Numbered from the stretch's first letter, positions 16,728 through 26,720 are shown. The stretch: DNA of 64,000 nt from Clostridia bacterium (GCA_045652705.1 JAZRUV010000008.1:24620-88619); one strand, 5' to 3'. Notes: generated from the letters alone by a model not told the origin. A program made the numbers and translations.

Positions 16728-17006
16728 TATGACAAATTTAGATTAAGGTAGCAAAACAGTTTTGGCTAAAGAATAATAAATATAATAAGTAAGTAAGAAA
16801 GTTGGAATTGAAAAAGGTTAGAATCAATTGAAAGGAGCATATTATGGAAAGGGAATATGCTAAATCAAATGGTGATAAAAAAGATTTAGACCGAATAGAG
16901 AACAGGTAAGATTAAGAAATGTAAGAAGAGACGAGAAGGTTAGTTCTCAAAGAGAAGAAAAAGCAAAAACAATAAAAAACAAAGAAAATAATGGAGGGAA
17001 TAAATT

Positions 17007-17708
17007 ATGTCTTTGAATGGTAAAATTATTGTTATTGAAGGAACAGATGGTAGCGGTAAACAAACCCAAGCACAAATTTTGAGAAAAAGACTTGAGCAGG
17101 AAGGGTATACTGTTTACTCTGCATCTTTTCCTAATTATCCTAGCGATTCTTCTGCAGCGGTGAGGATGTATCTTAATGGGCAGATAAAAAAGGAACCTAA
17201 AGATGTAAGTGCTAAAGCAGCATCAACTTTTTATGCTGTAGATAGATATATTACATATAAGAGAGAAATCGAACCGATTTATAAGCAAGGTGAAAGTGTT
17301 ATTGTATTTGACCGTTGGGTTGAGTCTAACATTATTCGCCAGGGTGCAAAGTTTATTGCAAATAAAACATGTGAACCCGAAAGAAGTGATAGACTAGAGG
17401 ATTTTATTTATTGGCTTAAAAATTTGGAGTATGGAGATTTCGAAGTTCCCAAACCTTACATGACAATCTATTTGAATGTTCCTATAGATTATACAATGGC
17501 TCTTAGAAAGAACAGAGCAAATAAAATTACTGGCGGTGAAAAACAAGATATACATGAAGCAAGCGAAAAACATCTTATTGATGCGAGTATGACAGGACTG
17601 CTTGCGGCAGATATTTTGAATTGGGAGGTTATTGAATGTGTTAAAGATGGTCAAATGAGAACTATCGACGATATCGCAAAAGAAGTTTGGCAAAGAGTAA
17701 ACAAGTAA
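17007..17708 (+). CDS. tmk: Thymidylate (dTMP) kinase family protein
   Basis: P-loop IVIEGTDGSGKQTQ and FPNYPSDSSAAVRMYLNG, the Thymidylate_kin pattern. 233 aa. GGAGGG RBS. Confidence 0.8.
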   Translation: MSLNGKIIVIEGTDGSGKQTQAQILRKRLEQEGYTVYSASFPNYPSDSSAAVRMYLNGQIKKEPKDVSAKAASTFYAVDRYITYKREIEPIYKQGESVIVFDRWVESNIIRQGAKFIANKTCEPERSDRLEDFIYWLKNLEYGDFEVPKPYMTIYLNVPIDYTMALRKNRANKITGGEKQDIHEASEKHLIDASMTGLLAADILNWEVIECVKDGQMRTIDDIAKEVWQRVNK

Positions 17709-17732
17709 TAAGTAATAAGTAATAAGTAAATA
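17704..17732. repeat. Heptanucleotide tandem repeat (AGTAATA)x3 plus one imperfect copy
   Basis: agtaata agtaata agtaata agtaaata. It overlaps the tmk stop codon and places stop codons in several frames. Confidence 0.9.
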
Positions 17733-17761
17733 ATCTAAAATAACAATAGGAGGATTTTGTT

Positions 17762-18970
17762 ATGGAAATTAGACTTGTTAGCACAAACCCTGGAATCGAT
17801 TTGTACATTGCTCGGGATACTACGCCGAGTAAAGAAGAAAAAATCAAAGAAATTGTTCGTGAACTTTCTATGTTTGCTGGCAAGGTCGGAGGAGAATGTT
17901 ATTCTTCTGACAGTTTAGAACACATTATGAATGAAAGTGAGAAGGAAACCCGGGGAAGAATGAACTTCTGCCTTAATAAGAAACATCACAGTATTTTTGA
18001 ACACCCTAAGCTTACTTTTGAGTTTGTAGGAGTTCCCAAGTTTATTTTCATGATGCTGAACAATCAGTATGTATATACTACTTCGGAAAGAAGTGCGAGA
18101 TATACTAATTTCAGCGAACTTATTGAAACTCGAGAAGAGTCTCAACTTTATGCTAAATGGACGGATAAAATTAGTCGTGCAATCAAGGAGTTCTACGGAG
18201 ATAAGTTCACAGACAAGGAAGTTCAGAAGCTGGCTCAAGAAAATGCTCGTTATATGATTTCTGTATTCGTTCCCAGTTCTATGGTGCACACCATCTCTCT
18301 TAAGGATTTGAACTATACACTATATTTGCTTGAAGAATTTTTGAAGAGCGACTGGGAAAGAAAAACAGCAGTAACTGAACTCTTTATGAGTATTTTGCGT
18401 CCGAAGTTGGAAGAGTTTCTAAAGGAAATGGCGCCTTACAGACTTCCGGGTCTTGAACCTAAGTTTGTAAGAGAGATTGCGATTTTCAAAACACCGCTTA
18501 GCCGAGAAAATCAGGCTGATGCAACGTATCGCTTGAACTATGATATGTCTTTTGCAGCATTTGCACAGGCTCAGCGTCATCGTAGCATTAGATATTCTAT
18601 TGAGCTTAAGAGGCCTACTCCATATATTCCGCCTATTATCAGCGCAGCTGGGCTTGAGACAGAGTGGGTAGCAGATATGATTAGTATTTGCGATAGATTC
18701 CCTCAAGGTCTTATGGTAAATGTTACTGAGACTGGTGAAATTGAGGATTTTGTAGGCAAGTGCTATGAGAGATGTTGTGGCAGAGCGCAACTGGAAATTC
18801 AGGAGAATACGTGTAATTCTTTGGCTTATCTTAGAACTTCTGAAAATGCTGAGGTTGTCAAATATTTAAAAGAGACAACCGGTGATTCTTTTGCAAGATG
18901 TGGTTTTCCTGGCTATCACTGTGTGGAAGTTTGTAAATTTGGCAAGAACCAGCGTGAAAGAAAAATTTAA
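17762..18970 (+). CDS. Divergent ThyX-like (flavin-dependent thymidylate synthase family) protein, 402 aa
   Basis: KKHHSIFEHPKLTFEFVGVPKFIFMMLNNQYVYTTSERSARY aligns to the ThyX core H.(S/T).FEH...TF......F.......RHR..S..E.S.RY, but the RHR is replaced by NNQ. A separate QRHRSIRYS lies about 190 aa later. A C-terminal GRAQLEIQ resembles the ThyX AQ.EIR element. About 1.7 times normal ThyX length. Confidence 0.5.
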   Translation: MEIRLVSTNPGIDLYIARDTTPSKEEKIKEIVRELSMFAGKVGGECYSSDSLEHIMNESEKETRGRMNFCLNKKHHSIFEHPKLTFEFVGVPKFIFMMLNNQYVYTTSERSARYTNFSELIETREESQLYAKWTDKISRAIKEFYGDKFTDKEVQKLAQENARYMISVFVPSSMVHTISLKDLNYTLYLLEEFLKSDWERKTAVTELFMSILRPKLEEFLKEMAPYRLPGLEPKFVREIAIFKTPLSRENQADATYRLNYDMSFAAFAQAQRHRSIRYSIELKRPTPYIPPIISAAGLETEWVADMISICDRFPQGLMVNVTETGEIEDFVGKCYERCCGRAQLEIQENTCNSLAYLRTSENAEVVKYLKETTGDSFARCGFPGYHCVEVCKFGKNQRERKI

Positions 18971-18977
18971 TATAAAA

Positions 18978-19008
18978 TTAGAGGGTGCCTTATTAGGCAT
19001 CCTCTAAT
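18978..19008 (+). terminator. Terminator after the ThyX-like gene
   Basis: ttagagggtgcct / aggcatcctctaa stem (one G.U pair), followed by tttg. Confidence 0.55.
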
Positions 19009-19031
19009 TTGTCAGTTCTGAAAAGAAAAAA

Positions 19032-19060
19032 TTGCAAATGTTTAATATAGATGATATAAT
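19032..19060 (+). promoter_or_regulatory. Promoter of the HipA-like kinase gene
   Basis: TTGCAA (19032-19037), 17 nt, TATAAT (19055-19060), preceded by ATGA. Confidence 0.5.
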
Positions 19061-19077
19061 GTGAAAGAGGTGAAATT

Positions 19078-20139
19078 ATGATTAATTTGACTTTTGATCA
19101 AATAACTAAACATAAGGATGAAGATGGATTTGTGCATTTAGATGAACTCTTTGTAAATTCGGATTCTGAACGTGAAGTAAGAGGAAATATAAATAGAGAT
19201 AAAAGATGGTTTAAGATAGATGATGGAACTGCTATGTTTAAATCTAATACTGAGCAAGCGTTATACGCACACTATTCAGAGTTAATATGTACAGAACTTG
19301 CAAAACAAGCAGGACTGGATGCTGCGGAATATGATATAGCAAAATGTAATGGTCAAACGGGAATAATAACCAAAAATGCTTGTAAACCCGGCGAAGAAAT
19401 GTTAACTATAAATGAATTAATAGGAGACGGGCCAACATACGAAGATTACCCAGATAATACAGATATATATTTTGTTTTCGATTCATTAGAAGAGAAGCTA
19501 CTAGCTGATGGATATAATGAGGAAATGATAGATAGTTGTATATTGCAGCTAAGGAAACAACTTCTTTTTGATTTATATATAATGGAAACAGATAGACATA
19601 CTGAAAATATATCTTTTATTATAGGAAGAGATGCCGAAACGGGAAGACCACATATACGATTGGCTCCTATGTATGATACGGAATCGGCACTGTTGCTTTA
19701 CGACGATGCTGAACACATGAAGAAAGTGTGGACAAGCAGGGCGGTAACACATAGTATAACTAATTTACAGGAACCTAAAATATGTGTAATACCTGAAGGT
19801 GATAGTGACCCGGAACAAAGCGGAATGGATAGAGGCTTGTTTGAGTTTCTTCAAGCTCAAGTTGGCACAGCATACGATACTCCTAGTGAAGAAATATGGA
19901 AATCTACATTAGACTTTTTAGTTGAAGATGAGAGAACGTATGAATTTTCTGAGAATGTTTTAAATGGGTTAGATATATCTAAGGCTATTGAAAATGTAGA
20001 AAGAAATAAAAAGTGTACAATACCTGAAGAAGTAAAGCAAATGGCAAGAGCTTGTTTTGGCGTAAGACAAACAGAAATTGCGTTTGAATTAGGTTTGGAT
20101 TTAAAAGAACAAAACATAGCAGAAAAAGAGTTGACATAA
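19078..20139 (+). CDS. HipA-C-terminal-like Ser/Thr kinase (HipT-like), 353 aa
   Basis: LYIMETDRHTENISFII...RLAPMYDTESAL matches the HipA catalytic motif (D.H..N.SF...LAP.YD). Upstream, WFKIDDGTAMFKSN...YSELICTELAKQAGL resembles the ATP-binding lobe. It lacks the HipA N-terminal subdomain. Confidence 0.65.
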   Translation: MINLTFDQITKHKDEDGFVHLDELFVNSDSEREVRGNINRDKRWFKIDDGTAMFKSNTEQALYAHYSELICTELAKQAGLDAAEYDIAKCNGQTGIITKNACKPGEEMLTINELIGDGPTYEDYPDNTDIYFVFDSLEEKLLADGYNEEMIDSCILQLRKQLLFDLYIMETDRHTENISFIIGRDAETGRPHIRLAPMYDTESALLLYDDAEHMKKVWTSRAVTHSITNLQEPKICVIPEGDSDPEQSGMDRGLFEFLQAQVGTAYDTPSEEIWKSTLDFLVEDERTYEFSENVLNGLDISKAIENVERNKKCTIPEEVKQMARACFGVRQTEIAFELGLDLKEQNIAEKELT

Positions 20140-20159
20140 ATCTAAAGTTGTGTTATAAT
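20131..20159 (+). promoter_or_regulatory. Promoter of the HipS-like small gene
   Basis: TTGACA (20131-20136), 17 nt, TATAAT (20154-20159). The -35 overlaps the end of the kinase CDS. Confidence 0.5.
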
Positions 20160-20212
20160 GTTAGTGCGTAAGCATAAAAACTTTCCACTAACTATGTGAA
20201 GGGGTGATAACA

Positions 20213-20497
20213 ATGATTAAGTACAATGTGTTTTACAAGGAAAATCGTATTGGCAAGCTGTACATCAATGAAGATGGTCAGTACAAGTATGTTGCAGATG
20301 AGGCGGCTATTAAGGAAGTTGAGGAAAACGAAAACGTATGCATCTATGCAGACGCAAGAAACAGCCGTGACTGGGGTGAACCCATCGCCTTCTTTGACAG
20401 CCGTATTGAAAACTGCAAGAGATTTGGTGAGACGGATACTGTAAAGTATCCTAATAGTGACTACTATTTCATCAAAGATAACCACCACAGAGAATAA
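20213..20497 (+). CDS. HipS-like / HipA N-terminal-subdomain-like small protein (94 aa)
   Basis: MIKYNVFYKENRIGKLYINEDGQYKYVAD...PIAFFDSRIEN resembles the HipA N-terminus (V....n...vG.L......g...F.Y ... FF.NLLP). I place the start at the ATG at 20213 (GAAGGGG RBS) rather than the track GTG at 20204. Confidence 0.45.
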   Translation: MIKYNVFYKENRIGKLYINEDGQYKYVADEAAIKEVEENENVCIYADARNSRDWGEPIAFFDSRIENCKRFGETDTVKYPNSDYYFIKDNHHRE

Positions 20498-20500
20498 ATT

Positions 20501-20529
20501 AAGCGAGTATAAAAATACTCGCTTTTTTC
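20501..20529 (+). terminator. Rho-independent terminator
   Basis: aagcgagta / tactcgctt stem with loop taaaaa, followed by tttttt. Confidence 0.8.
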
Positions 20530-20868
20530 TTTAGTATGTTTTCTGTATAAGACATACTTGTCGGTAAAATCAACTGTGATTTTAACTGTCCGACCAAATC
20601 CAAGAAGTTTGTATTAAGATTAGGGTAGCTCTAAATACAAAACTTAAATTTATGCGCATAATAAAGTTTATCCCTCTTGGTATAACACAATACTACTATT
20701 ATATACAAAAAATGTCAATAACAGACAAATTAAAATTTGGTTACATTTTTGTTACAAATAGCCGATAGATAATTCATATTAAAATAAGGTGAGTTTTCAA
20801 AAATGTACCTATTATATATAAATAATAAAAATTATTTCAAAAATATTGCAAAATATTTCAAAAAACAC

Positions 20869-20897
20869 TTGCATTCCATATATTTGTGTGTTACAAT
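20869..20897 (+). promoter_or_regulatory. S10 operon promoter, followed by a ~200-nt structured leader
   Basis: TTGCAT (20869-20874), 17 nt, TACAAT (20892-20897), preceded by TGTGT. Several short inverted repeats follow before rpsJ. Confidence 0.6.
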
Positions 20898-21106
20898 ATC
20901 TGTGTTGATTTGCGTTGAAGTGGTAGATGGCTATGCATAGACATAGGGAACTTCCATGGAGCATGTCTGATTTGAAATCGGGCGGCAAGTATTGAATTTG
21001 TATTTGCCAAATGTTAATTTGGCTTTATATTATGTCACAAATTTGAAACACACGGGGTAGTGTAAAACTTGCAAGTCCTTGAAATTATAGTAAAGGAGTG
21101 AAAAAT

Positions 21107-21424
21107 ATGGCAAAAACAAATGTATCAAAAATGAGAATAAGATTAAAAGCTTATGATCACGTAGTGCTAGAACAAACTGCGGCAAAGCTAGTTGAAGTAG
21201 CTAGAAATTCAGGAGCAGAGGTATCAGGTCCTGTACCACTACCAACTAGAAAAGAAATCGTAACTATTCTTCGTTCACCACACAAGCACAAAGATTCTAG
21301 AGAACAATTTGAAATAAGAACACACAAGAGAGTTATCGATGTTAAAGCACCAAATCAAGCAACAGTTGATGCGCTTATGGCAATAGATATGCCAGCTGGT
21401 GTTGAAATCGAAGTTAAACTTTAA
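21107..21424 (+). CDS. rpsJ: 30S ribosomal protein S10
   Basis: [18 protein letters not shown]...PLPTRKE. Start moved to the ATG at 21107 (AAAGGAG RBS 8 nt upstream). Confidence 0.97.
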   Translation: MAKTNVSKMRIRLKAYDHVVLEQTAAKLVEVARNSGAEVSGPVPLPTRKEIVTILRSPHKHKDSREQFEIRTHKRVIDVKAPNQATVDALMAIDMPAGVEIEVKL

Positions 21425-21537
21425 TAATATTTAGTAGCAATCCTTGAGTCTCAAGGCAAGTGCATACCCTATACTAGATATGGCAAAATGGTTTTAACTT
21501 AAAAAGTTTAGTAAATTTTAAAGGGAGGAAAACAAAA

Positions 21538-22164
21538 ATGAAAGAACTTTATGGTAAAAAGTTAGGTATGACTCAAATTTTTAACGAAGACGGAACAGTT
21601 ATACCAGTAACAGTTATCGAAGCATACAAACTTGTGGTTGTTGGTAAAAAGACAGCTGACAAAGAAGGTTATAATGCAATCGTTGTTGGTTTCGGTGATG
21701 TTAAAGAAAACAGAGCAAACAAACCTCAAAAAGGTGTATTTGCAAAAGCAGGGGTACCTGTTAAAAAATACATAAAAGAAATTAAAGTAGAAAATCCAGA
21801 TGAATTCGAAATTGGTTCTGAAGTTACTTTAGAATGTTTAGAAGCTGGAGACCACGTAGATGTACATGGTATATCTAAAGGTAAAGGATTCCAAGGACCA
21901 ATCCACAGACATGGGTTACATAGAGGACCATCTACACACGGTTCTAACTATCACAGAAGACCAGGTTCTATGGGCGCTGGTACAAACCCAGGTAGAGTAT
22001 TCAAAGGTAAAAAACTAGCAGGTCATATGGGACATGTAAATCGTACAGCACTAAACCTTGAAGTAGTAAGAGTAGATATAGACAAAAATGCAGTATTAGT
22101 TAAAGGTTCTGTACCTGGAGCTAAGGGAGCAACTCTAAATATTACTAAGAGTGTAAAAGCTTAG
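21538..22164 (+). CDS. rplC: 50S ribosomal protein L3
   Basis: GKKLGMTQIFNEDG...GKGFQG is the L3 signature. Operon order fits. Confidence 0.97.
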   Translation: MKELYGKKLGMTQIFNEDGTVIPVTVIEAYKLVVVGKKTADKEGYNAIVVGFGDVKENRANKPQKGVFAKAGVPVKKYIKEIKVENPDEFEIGSEVTLECLEAGDHVDVHGISKGKGFQGPIHRHGLHRGPSTHGSNYHRRPGSMGAGTNPGRVFKGKKLAGHMGHVNRTALNLEVVRVDIDKNAVLVKGSVPGAKGATLNITKSVKA

Positions 22165-22181
22165 GAAAGGAGAAATAAGAA

Positions 22182-22802
22182 ATGCTTAAAACAGACGTAT
22201 TAGATATAACAGGAAAGAAAGTATCTGACATTGAGTTAAACGAAGCTGTTTTTGGAGTTGAAGTTAACGAAGTAGTAGTACACCAAGTACTAGTAAACTA
22301 CCTAGCTAATCAAAGACAAGGAACACAATCAACAAAAACTCGTGCAGAAGTACGTGGTGGTGGTATAAAACCATGGAGACAAAAAGGAACTGGTAGAGCA
22401 AGACAAGGTTCAATAAGAGCACCACAATGGATAAAAGGTGGTATCGCTTTAGGACCTAAACCTAGAGATTACAGATACAAATTACCTAAAAAAGTAAGAG
22501 CACTAGCTATAAAATCTGTTCTTACATCAAAACTTGCTGACAACAAACTTGTAGTAGTAGACAAAATGGAACTTAACGAAATTAAAACAAAAGAAATGGT
22601 TAAAGTATTAAATAACCTAAAAGCTGAAAAAGCATTAGTTGTTTTAAATGAAAAGAACCTAAATGTTCAAGCTTCTACAAGAAATATCGAAAAAGCTAAA
22701 GCAATAACAGTTAATACAATCAACATATATGATTTATTAAGATTTGAAACTTTAGTACTTGATGTAGAATCAGTTAAAAGATTAGAGGAGGTGTACGCTT
22801 AA
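22182..22802 (+). CDS. rplD: 50S ribosomal protein L4
   Basis: [33 protein letters not shown] is the L4 signature. Confidence 0.97.
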   Translation: MLKTDVLDITGKKVSDIELNEAVFGVEVNEVVVHQVLVNYLANQRQGTQSTKTRAEVRGGGIKPWRQKGTGRARQGSIRAPQWIKGGIALGPKPRDYRYKLPKKVRALAIKSVLTSKLADNKLVVVDKMELNEIKTKEMVKVLNNLKAEKALVVLNEKNLNVQASTRNIEKAKAITVNTINIYDLLRFETLVLDVESVKRLEEVYA

Positions 22803-23173
22803 TGTTATACGCAGAAGATGTTATAATCAAGCCTATAATAACTGAAAAAAGTTATATGGAAATGGCTAATGGAAAATACACTTTCCAAACAAAAATAGAT
22901 GCAACTAAAATAGATATAAAGAATGCAGTTGAAACATTATTTAATGTTAAAGTGTTAAAAGTTAACACAATGAGATATGATGGAAAATCAAAAAGAGTTG
23001 GAGTACACCAAGGTAAAACAGCTGCTTGGAAAAAAGCAATTGTTACAATAGATACAAATCCTAAGGATGAAAAATATCTAGCTAAAGGTGGAAAAGAAGT
23101 TAAGCTTGGTAAAAAATACAACACAGAAATAGCAGAAATAAGCTCAGCATTCGCAAACGAGGGAGGAAACTAA
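22802..23173 (+). CDS. rplW: 50S ribosomal protein L23 (with a ~30-aa C-terminal extension)
   Basis: [10 protein letters not shown]...[12 protein letters not shown]...WKKAIVT is the L23 core. TAATG overlap with rplD. 123 aa, longer than the ~95-100 aa I expect. Confidence 0.93.
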   Translation: MLYAEDVIIKPIITEKSYMEMANGKYTFQTKIDATKIDIKNAVETLFNVKVLKVNTMRYDGKSKRVGVHQGKTAAWKKAIVTIDTNPKDEKYLAKGGKEVKLGKKYNTEIAEISSAFANEGGN

Positions 23174-23174
23174 T

Positions 23175-24008
23175 ATGGGAATAAAAACATTTAGACCAAC
23201 AACTCCGTCTAGAAGAAATATGACAGCGCTTACTTATGATGAAATAACAAAATCATCTCCAGAAAAATCTCTTCTTACTACATTAAAGAAGAATGCTGGA
23301 AGAAATAACACAGGTAAGATAACTGTTAGACACCACGGTGGCGGACAAAGAAGAAAATATAGAATAATAGATTTTAAAAGAAATAAAACAGATATGTTTG
23401 CTACAGTTATTGGTATCGAATACGATCCAAACAGAAGTGCAAATATAGCATTAATTGAATATGAAGATGGAACAAAATCTTACATATTAGCACCAAAAGG
23501 TTTAACTGATGGAATGCAAGTTATATCTTCTGAAAAAGCAGATATAAAACCAGGAAACTGTTTACCAATAAGTGCAATTCCAGTTGGTACAGAAATACAC
23601 AACATAGAATTACACAAAGGTAAAGGTGGACAATTAGTAAGAACAGCAGGAGCAGCTGCTCAACTTATGGCTAAAGAAGGAAAATATGCTCACGTGAGAA
23701 TGCCATCTGGAGAAATGAGACTTATACCAGTTGTATGCTTTGCAACAGTTGGTGTGCTTGGAAATTCAGATCATGAAAACGTATCATATGGTAAAGCCGG
23801 AAGAACAAGACATATGGGTATAAGACCAACAGTAAGAGGATCTGTAATGAACCCTAACGATCACCCACACGGTGGTGGTGAAGGTAGAGCTCCAGTTGGA
23901 CACGCAGGACCTATGACTCCTTGGGGTAAACCAGCTTTAGGTTACAAGACTCGTAAGAAAAACCATAGAACAGATAAGTTCATAGTTAAGAGAAGAAATA
24001 GAAAGTAG
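23175..24008 (+). CDS. rplB: 50S ribosomal protein L2
   Basis: [16 protein letters not shown]...[13 protein letters not shown] is the L2 signature. Confidence 0.98.
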   Translation: MGIKTFRPTTPSRRNMTALTYDEITKSSPEKSLLTTLKKNAGRNNTGKITVRHHGGGQRRKYRIIDFKRNKTDMFATVIGIEYDPNRSANIALIEYEDGTKSYILAPKGLTDGMQVISSEKADIKPGNCLPISAIPVGTEIHNIELHKGKGGQLVRTAGAAAQLMAKEGKYAHVRMPSGEMRLIPVVCFATVGVLGNSDHENVSYGKAGRTRHMGIRPTVRGSVMNPNDHPHGGGEGRAPVGHAGPMTPWGKPALGYKTRKKNHRTDKFIVKRRNRK

Positions 24009-24021
24009 GAGGTAACACACT

Positions 24022-24300
24022 ATGTCAAGATCACTAAAAAAAGGACCTTATGTAGATGCTAAACTTTTAGCTAGAATAGAAAAAATGAACGAAAATGACG
24101 AAAAAGTAGCACTTAAGACATGGTCAAGATCATCTACTATATATCCTCAAATGATAGGTCATACAATTGCAGTTCACGACGGAAGAAAACACGTACCTGT
24201 ATATGTAACTGAGGAAATGGTAGGACACAAACTAGGCGAATTCGCTCCAACAAGACTTTTCAGAGGTCATGCAGGAGACAAAAAGAGCAAAGTTAGATAA
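24022..24300 (+). CDS. rpsS: 30S ribosomal protein S19
   Basis: [12 protein letters not shown]...[13 protein letters not shown]...[11 protein letters not shown]. Confidence 0.98.
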   Translation: MSRSLKKGPYVDAKLLARIEKMNENDEKVALKTWSRSSTIYPQMIGHTIAVHDGRKHVPVYVTEEMVGHKLGEFAPTRLFRGHAGDKKSKVR

Positions 24301-24321
24301 TAAATTAGGAGGAAACAAGAA

Positions 24322-24657
24322 ATGGAAGCAAGAGCTGAATTAAAATTTGCAAGAATAAGTGCAAGAAAAGCTAAAATTGTTTTGGACCTAATTAAGGGAA
24401 AAGATGCTCATGAAGCGCTAGCAATACTTAAATATACAAACAAAGCTGCTAGCCCTATAGTTTCTAAAATCCTTAAATCTGCTATGGCTAACGCAACAAA
24501 CAATCATTCAATGAATGAAAACAAATTAGTAGTTGCTGAAGCTGTTGCAAATCAAGGGCCAACAATGAAAAGAATAAGTCCAAGAGCTCAAGGTAGAGCA
24601 TATAGAATAAGAAAAAGAACTAGCCATATAAGAATAGTTCTTAAAGAAGTAGAATAG
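24322..24657 (+). CDS. rplV: 50S ribosomal protein L22
   Basis: [18 protein letters not shown]...[16 protein letters not shown]. Confidence 0.97.
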   Translation: MEARAELKFARISARKAKIVLDLIKGKDAHEALAILKYTNKAASPIVSKILKSAMANATNNHSMNENKLVVAEAVANQGPTMKRISPRAQGRAYRIRKRTSHIRIVLKEVE

Positions 24658-24668
24658 GAGGAAACACG

Positions 24669-25328
24669 ATGGGTCAAAAAGTAAGTCCTCATGGTTTAAG
24701 AGTAGGCATAATAAAAGACTGGTCTTCTAAATGGTATGCAAACAAACAAAACTTTGCAGATTACCTAGTTGAAGATAACAAAATTCGTAAATATCTTAAA
24801 GAGACTTTAAAAACTGCTGGAATTTCTTCTATTAACATAGAAAGAAAATCATCAGAAGTAAAAGTAAACGTAGCTACTGCTAAGCCTGGTATGATAATAG
24901 GTAAAGGTGGTTCAGCTATAGAAGAACTTAAAAAGAAATTAGAAAAAATGACAGGTAAAACTGTATCATTAAATATCGAAGAAATCAAAAACATAGATAT
25001 GGATGCAACTTTAGTTGCTGAATCTATTGCTTCTCAATTAGAAAGAAGAATATCTTTTAGACGTGCAATGAAACAAGCAATGTCTAAAACTATGAAAGCT
25101 GGAGCTAAGGGTATAAAGACACAAGTGTCTGGACGTCTTGGTGGAGCTGAAATAGCAAGAGCTGAACACTACAGCGAAGGAACTATTCCTCTACAAACTT
25201 TAAGAGCAGACATAGATTATGGTTTTGCAGAAGCATTAACTACTTATGGTATCATAGGTGTTAAGGTATGGATATACAAAGGTGATATACTACCTGCAAA
25301 AAAAGAATCAAAAGGGGGTAACAAATAA
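24669..25328 (+). CDS. rpsC: 30S ribosomal protein S3
   Basis: [18 protein letters not shown]...[10 protein letters not shown]. Confidence 0.98.
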   Translation: MGQKVSPHGLRVGIIKDWSSKWYANKQNFADYLVEDNKIRKYLKETLKTAGISSINIERKSSEVKVNVATAKPGMIIGKGGSAIEELKKKLEKMTGKTVSLNIEEIKNIDMDATLVAESIASQLERRISFRRAMKQAMSKTMKAGAKGIKTQVSGRLGGAEIARAEHYSEGTIPLQTLRADIDYGFAEALTTYGIIGVKVWIYKGDILPAKKESKGGNK

Positions 25329-25765
25329 TGTTAGTACCTAAAAGAACAAAATTCAGAAAGATGCAAAAAGGTAGAATAAGAGGAAATGCTACTAGAGGAA
25401 CAAAACTAGTACATGGTGATTACGGAATAGTGGCTTGTGAGCCATCATTCATCACTAACAACCAAATAGAATCTGCCAGAGTTGTACTTTCAAAATACAC
25501 TAAAAAATACGGTAAAACTTGGATAACAATATTCCCAGATAAACCAATAACTAAAAAACCTGCAGAAACAAGAATGGGTTCTGGTAAAGGTAACCCAGAA
25601 TATTTCGTAGCAGTTGTTAAACCTGGAAGAGTAATGTTTGAAATAAGCGGCCTAGATGAAGCTACTTCAAGAGAAGCTTTAAGAAAGGCAATCCAAAAGC
25701 TTCCTATAAAATGTAAGATACTTACAAAGGAAGAAAGCTTAGGAGGTAACGACAGTGAAGAATAA
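25328..25765 (+). CDS. rplP: 50S ribosomal protein L16
   Basis: [16 protein letters not shown]...[14 protein letters not shown] overlap with rpsC. Confidence 0.98.
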   Translation: MLVPKRTKFRKMQKGRIRGNATRGTKLVHGDYGIVACEPSFITNNQIESARVVLSKYTKKYGKTWITIFPDKPITKKPAETRMGSGKGNPEYFVAVVKPGRVMFEISGLDEATSREALRKAIQKLPIKCKILTKEESLGGNDSEE

Positions 25766-26066
25766 TAGATTAAATGATTACAAAAAAATGGATGAAGCAG
25801 CACTTTTAGAAGAGCTTAAGGCTTTAAAATCTGAACTTTTCAAATTGAGACTTTCTCATGCAATGAATGGTTTAGATAATCCAAACAAAATAACAGAAAC
25901 TAAGAGAAATATAGCAAGAGTTAACACAATACTTACTATCAAGAAAAATGGTGGTGAAGTTGTAGTTAAAGAAGCTACAAAAAAAGCACCTGCTAAAAAA
26001 GCAGCGGCTAAAAAAACAACTAAAGCAGCAAAAACAGAAAAAGAAGCTGCAAAGTCAGAAGAGTAG
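25755..26066 (+). CDS. rpmC: 50S ribosomal protein L29 with a Lys/Ala-rich C-terminal tail
   Basis: [28 protein letters not shown]...IARVNTIL is the L29 core. It is followed by [30 protein letters not shown] start after AGGAGG. 103 aa against the ~65 aa I expect. Confidence 0.9.
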   Translation: MKNNRLNDYKKMDEAALLEELKALKSELFKLRLSHAMNGLDNPNKITETKRNIARVNTILTIKKNGGEVVVKEATKKAPAKKAAAKKTTKAAKTEKEAAKSEE

Positions 26067-26078
26067 GAGGATAAACTA

Positions 26079-26333
26079 GTGGAAAGAAATGCAAGAAAAA
26101 CTAAAATAGGTAAAGTAGTTTCAAATAAAATGGATAAAACTATAGTTGTAAGAATTGACACTAAGTTTAAACATCCACTTTATAACAAAATCATGAACAA
26201 AACTTTAAAAGTAAAAGCTCATGATGAAGAAAATGTTTGTGGTATCGGTGATACAGTTGAAATAATGGAAACTAGACCACTAAGCAAAGATAAAAGATAT
26301 AGACTAGTTAGAATAGTAGAAAAAGCTAAATAA
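26079..26333 (+). CDS. rpsQ: 30S ribosomal protein S17
   Basis: [14 protein letters not shown]...[26 protein letters not shown] start. Confidence 0.97.
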   Translation: MERNARKTKIGKVVSNKMDKTIVVRIDTKFKHPLYNKIMNKTLKVKAHDEENVCGIGDTVEIMETRPLSKDKRYRLVRIVEKAK

Positions 26334-26351
26334 TGAAAAGGAGGAACTACT

Positions 26352-26720
26352 ATGATACAACAACAATCAGTTGTTAATGTCGCTGATAACACAGGAGCAA
26401 AAAAATTAATGTGTATTAGAGTTCTTGGTGGACACCATAGAAAATGGGGTAACATCGGAGACGTAATCGTAGCTTCTGTTAAACAAGCAACACCAGGTGG
26501 CGTTGTAAACAAAGGTGACGTTGTAAAAGCAGTAATTGTAAGATCTAAAACAGGACTTAAACGTGCTGATGGATCATATATAAAATTTGATGAAAATGCA
26601 GCTGTTATAATAAAAGATGATAAGACTCCAAAAGGAACTCGTATCTTTGGACCAGTTGCAAGAGAGCTAAGAGATAAAGATTATATGAAAATTATATCTC
26701 TAGCACCTGAAGTACTTTAG
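26352..26720 (+). CDS. rplN: 50S ribosomal protein L14
   Basis: [27 protein letters not shown]. Confidence 0.98.
   Translation: MIQQQSVVNVADNTGAKKLMCIRVLGGHHRKWGNIGDVIVASVKQATPGGVVNKGDVVKAVIVRSKTGLKRADGSYIKFDENAAVIIKDDKTPKGTRIFGPVARELRDKDYMKIISLAPEVL

Noticed and set aside
17007-20497. Prophage remnant hypothesis for the tmk / ThyX-like / HipA-like genes
   Set aside because: No integrase, terminase, capsid, tail or repressor genes and no att-like repeats are visible. Each gene has its own promoter. It is better described as accessory cassettes.
20803-20940. 45-codon ORF (MYLLYINNKNYFKNIAKYF...) upstream of rpsJ
   Set aside because: It overlaps the S10 promoter (-35 and -10 lie inside it). 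It is AT-rich low-complexity sequence with only a weak GGTGAG RBS, so it is most likely non-coding.
25420-26512. Long antisense ORFs inside the ribosomal operon (25420-25803, 25856-26161, 26219-26512, and similar ones at 22852-23124, 24761-24994, 27145-27426, 29850-30525, 38561-39625)
   Set aside because: They lie entirely opposite highly conserved ribosomal, SecY or RpoA coding sequence. They have no RBS and give low-complexity, hydrophobic translations. These are typical shadow ORFs.
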